The notes under the pieces were generated by a model. That model was not told where the DNA came from. It did no database searches and saw only the letters and a list, made by a program, of their open reading frames with translations. A program made the position numbers and the translations under genes. A stretch of 64,000 nucleotides of DNA from Prorocentrum cordatum (Eukaryota), in the NCBI GenBank assembly GCA_963575745.1, contig CAUYUJ010000059.1, forward strand, positions 1 to 64,000. Direction: 5' to 3'. Shown here one piece after another: positions 61,518 to 64,000 of the stretch. Each line of letters begins with the position of its first letter. The stretch's first letter is position 1.

Positions 61518-64000
61518 ATGTTTGCTTCACCTGGGGAAGAAGGGGATACCGCTAGTCCGCGGCCAGTCTCTTTCTCTCCGCCGCATTCGCCTGCGGTGTG
61601 AAGTGCTGCACCAGCGTGCAACACCTCTCGCGCGACAGGTCCCACTCCGCGGCGCCAGGCTCCCCGTGCTCGCTCGCCGTCGCCTTCGAGGAGGTCGCCA
61701 CGTTCCCGTCGCAGGAGGGCACCGCCACACCCGCTGCCCCCTCCCCAGCCAAGTCCGCGCACGGCAAGGGCAAATCCGCTTCTCAAGCTCCTCCGCTTAA
61801 GCGTCAGTGTGGTCTTGGTGCCCTTGTACTGTGGTGCCTGAGGATGAATTGGTATATTGCTCCGAGCCATACATTAAGCAAGCTTGCCTCCAAGTGTTCG
61901 AGTTTTACAAGGCGGCCCTCGCTTCCGAGATCGCCGCCAAGATTTCCCAAGATACTGCCGACGCCAACAACAAATTGTTGGCCATTGTCGATGCGCTGCG
62001 TTCGGGGGTCGCCAAGGAGTCCGAGGATTTTGCAGCAGCGTATCCATTCTACCAAAGCGCGTCTCGCCGCTGCTGATGGGCGGTTGGGCGCACATGACAA
62101 TGAACTTCAAGCTCTCAAGGACGAGATGGGGCGCCTGCGCCATCTCCTCGCCGCGGCGGAGCAGCGCCCTGCGGCTCCTCCTCCCGTTCCGTCGGGCTTC
62201 GACCGCGATGTGGACCCATCCATCGTGCTGGCCATCGCCCGGCGCCCCACTTCCCTCTCAGAGGTCAAGGCCTCGCTGCAGCAGTGTGTGCTCGACCCGG
62301 GCTTCCAGGCGGAGGAGGTCGAGATCCAGGCGCTGGGCCCCCTCCCGTCGAGGCGGTTCGCGGTGCAAGTTCCTCGGGCTTGCTGCGCCTGCCGCGCGGC
62401 GGGCTGCTGAGTTGCTCGGTTGTCTCAAGAAGCGGGGCGGCACCTGGCACGAGTTCTCGGCTTCGTGTGGCACTAACTCGCAGTGTCGCTTGCACCTGGG
62501 CCCTGACAAGAGTCCGAAGCAGATCCGTCTGGAGGTCACACTGCGTCGCGTCCGCCAGGCGCTTGCTGCTGCCTACCCTCAGGACAAGATCTTCATGGAC
62601 AAGGAGCGCGGCACGTTGTCGGTCGAGTGGTCCCGCATCGCCCGCATCTCTGTTTTCCCCGGCAATGAGGCGCCGCAGATACACTGGGGGCCCACCAACC
62701 TGGCCAAGGTCGGCTGGAATAAGTAGCGCTGCCTCGACGCCTGCCGCCCTCTCACGACCCCTGAAGCCGAGGAGAGTTGGTGTCTTTAGCATATGCAAGC
62801 CGTTTGTCTGCACTTCGCCTAGGCGCGGGCCCCCGCGGGCCCCACCCAGGTTTGCCACGCGGAACTGTCGCGCGCTGCTTCAAGCAGCTGGGGCGAAAGC
62901 TAGCTTGAAGAGGGAATACTCGGCTCGTCCCTCGCCGCGCAACACCATCATCTGTTCAATCAAGTTCATCCGAACGAACTTCAACTTCGAGCTTTTCTTC
63001 GTGCTGTGGACCCTGGCATCACTGTCTTCACCAGCTTCTGTGAGGGACTGGGTGGGCGGATTCGCGGTGGGATCGCGATTATGTTGCCTCCGTTCGCTCA
63101 GTTTGGGGGCTCTCGTGTCGAGTCGAGGAGGGCTGAGTTGGTTCCTGGCAGAGTTTTACGTGTCTCAATTTTGTGTGATGGCATCTCCTTCGTGGTCTAC
63201 AACGCACACAACCATGACCTGACCCGCGCGGAAGGTCCAGTCGGTCATGTCCGACATCTCCACCTCGCTCCGCTACGCCGCTGGGGATCCCGGGATGCGC
63301 TTCGCCCTGGTCAATGGCGACTTCAATTTCTCTGACGCCGACTCCTTGCTGCTGAATGCACCGGCGGCGGCGCTCAAGCCGTCTGGGCGGCAGCATCATG
63401 CTCGAGCTCCTCTCTGGCGCGCGGCATTGGCCCGCGTGCTAGCGCTGGAGGGGCAGGAGCCGACGTGCTACGTCCGCGGCCAGAACTCGGAGGCGATCAT
63501 CGACAGTGTAATCGTCTCCATGCCCAGCTGGCTTGCCCGTCAGCACTTCTCCCTGTCCTCGGTGCTGGGCGCCGCCGCGGACGTTGCCGACAAAAGGATG
63601 TCCGATCACACTGCCGTCGTTGTCTCTATCTCGCCCCGCTCTCCCAAGCCACCGTCGGAGCGCGCTCTCACCAGGCACTTGTGCAAGGAGCCCTTCCTTC
63701 GCAAGAATTTGCAGGAGCTCAGTGACATGACTGACTGGGCTGGGCTATCACCTCCGCTCCGCCTCGAACATTTCAAGTTTTTGATGCGCGAGGCCGGCCG
63801 TGCGACACGCGATGTTCTGTTTCGAGACCGCCCTTGTCACCTCCGCGCGTTGTTGCCGTTCGCTCGGCCGATTGCTCGCGCGATATGGAGGGGTGATCGC
63901 GCGTTGGTCGGACGTTTTCTGGCATCGCACCCGCTTGCTGCCGATCACCTTGCCCTCGCCCGCATCGGGCGTCGAGTGGTCGCCATGGGTTCAGAGGGGG
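61496..64000 (+). mobile_element. Non-LTR retrotransposon (LINE), 5' part: frameshifted ORF1 and APE endonuclease; runs off the window
   Basis: Coiled-coil ORF1 fragments span ~61600-62726. APE motifs follow across frames: RFATRNCRAL (~62850), GGIAIML, VPGRVLRV, YNAHNHDL, GDFNF (~63315) and SDHTAV (~63600). Confidence 0.8.

Noticed and set aside
61496..61560. SL RNA gene
   Set aside because: No GT donor or SL intron follows the 22-mer. It runs straight into LINE sequence.

Overview
Eukaryotic, GC-rich, repeat-saturated DNA, almost certainly from a dinoflagellate: it carries a perfect 22-nt dinoflagellate spliced leader (DinoSL) at 61496-61517 and putative GC/GA splice donors. The one clear host gene is a multi-exon voltage-gated K+ channel of the cyclic-nucleotide-binding-domain superfamily (+ strand, core exons about 26419-29019), with an S4 sensor, a TTVGYGD filter, a C-linker and a degenerate CNBD. 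One of its introns is a hAT-like MITE whose 8-bp target-site duplication (TSD) supplies both splice sites. The rest is mostly nested mobile DNA: decayed LINEs (one with APE, RT and RNase H, one starting at the perfect SL), decayed copia-like LTR remnants, and a three-unit ~2.85-kb tandem array. Unit 1 of that array holds a 4.4-kb TIR/TSD transposon and a Helentron-like element carrying a 77-bp satellite. Several foldback MITEs and long microsatellites are also present. Most ORFs in the supplied track are artefacts of low-complexity sequence. All calls are by eye; no database searches were run.
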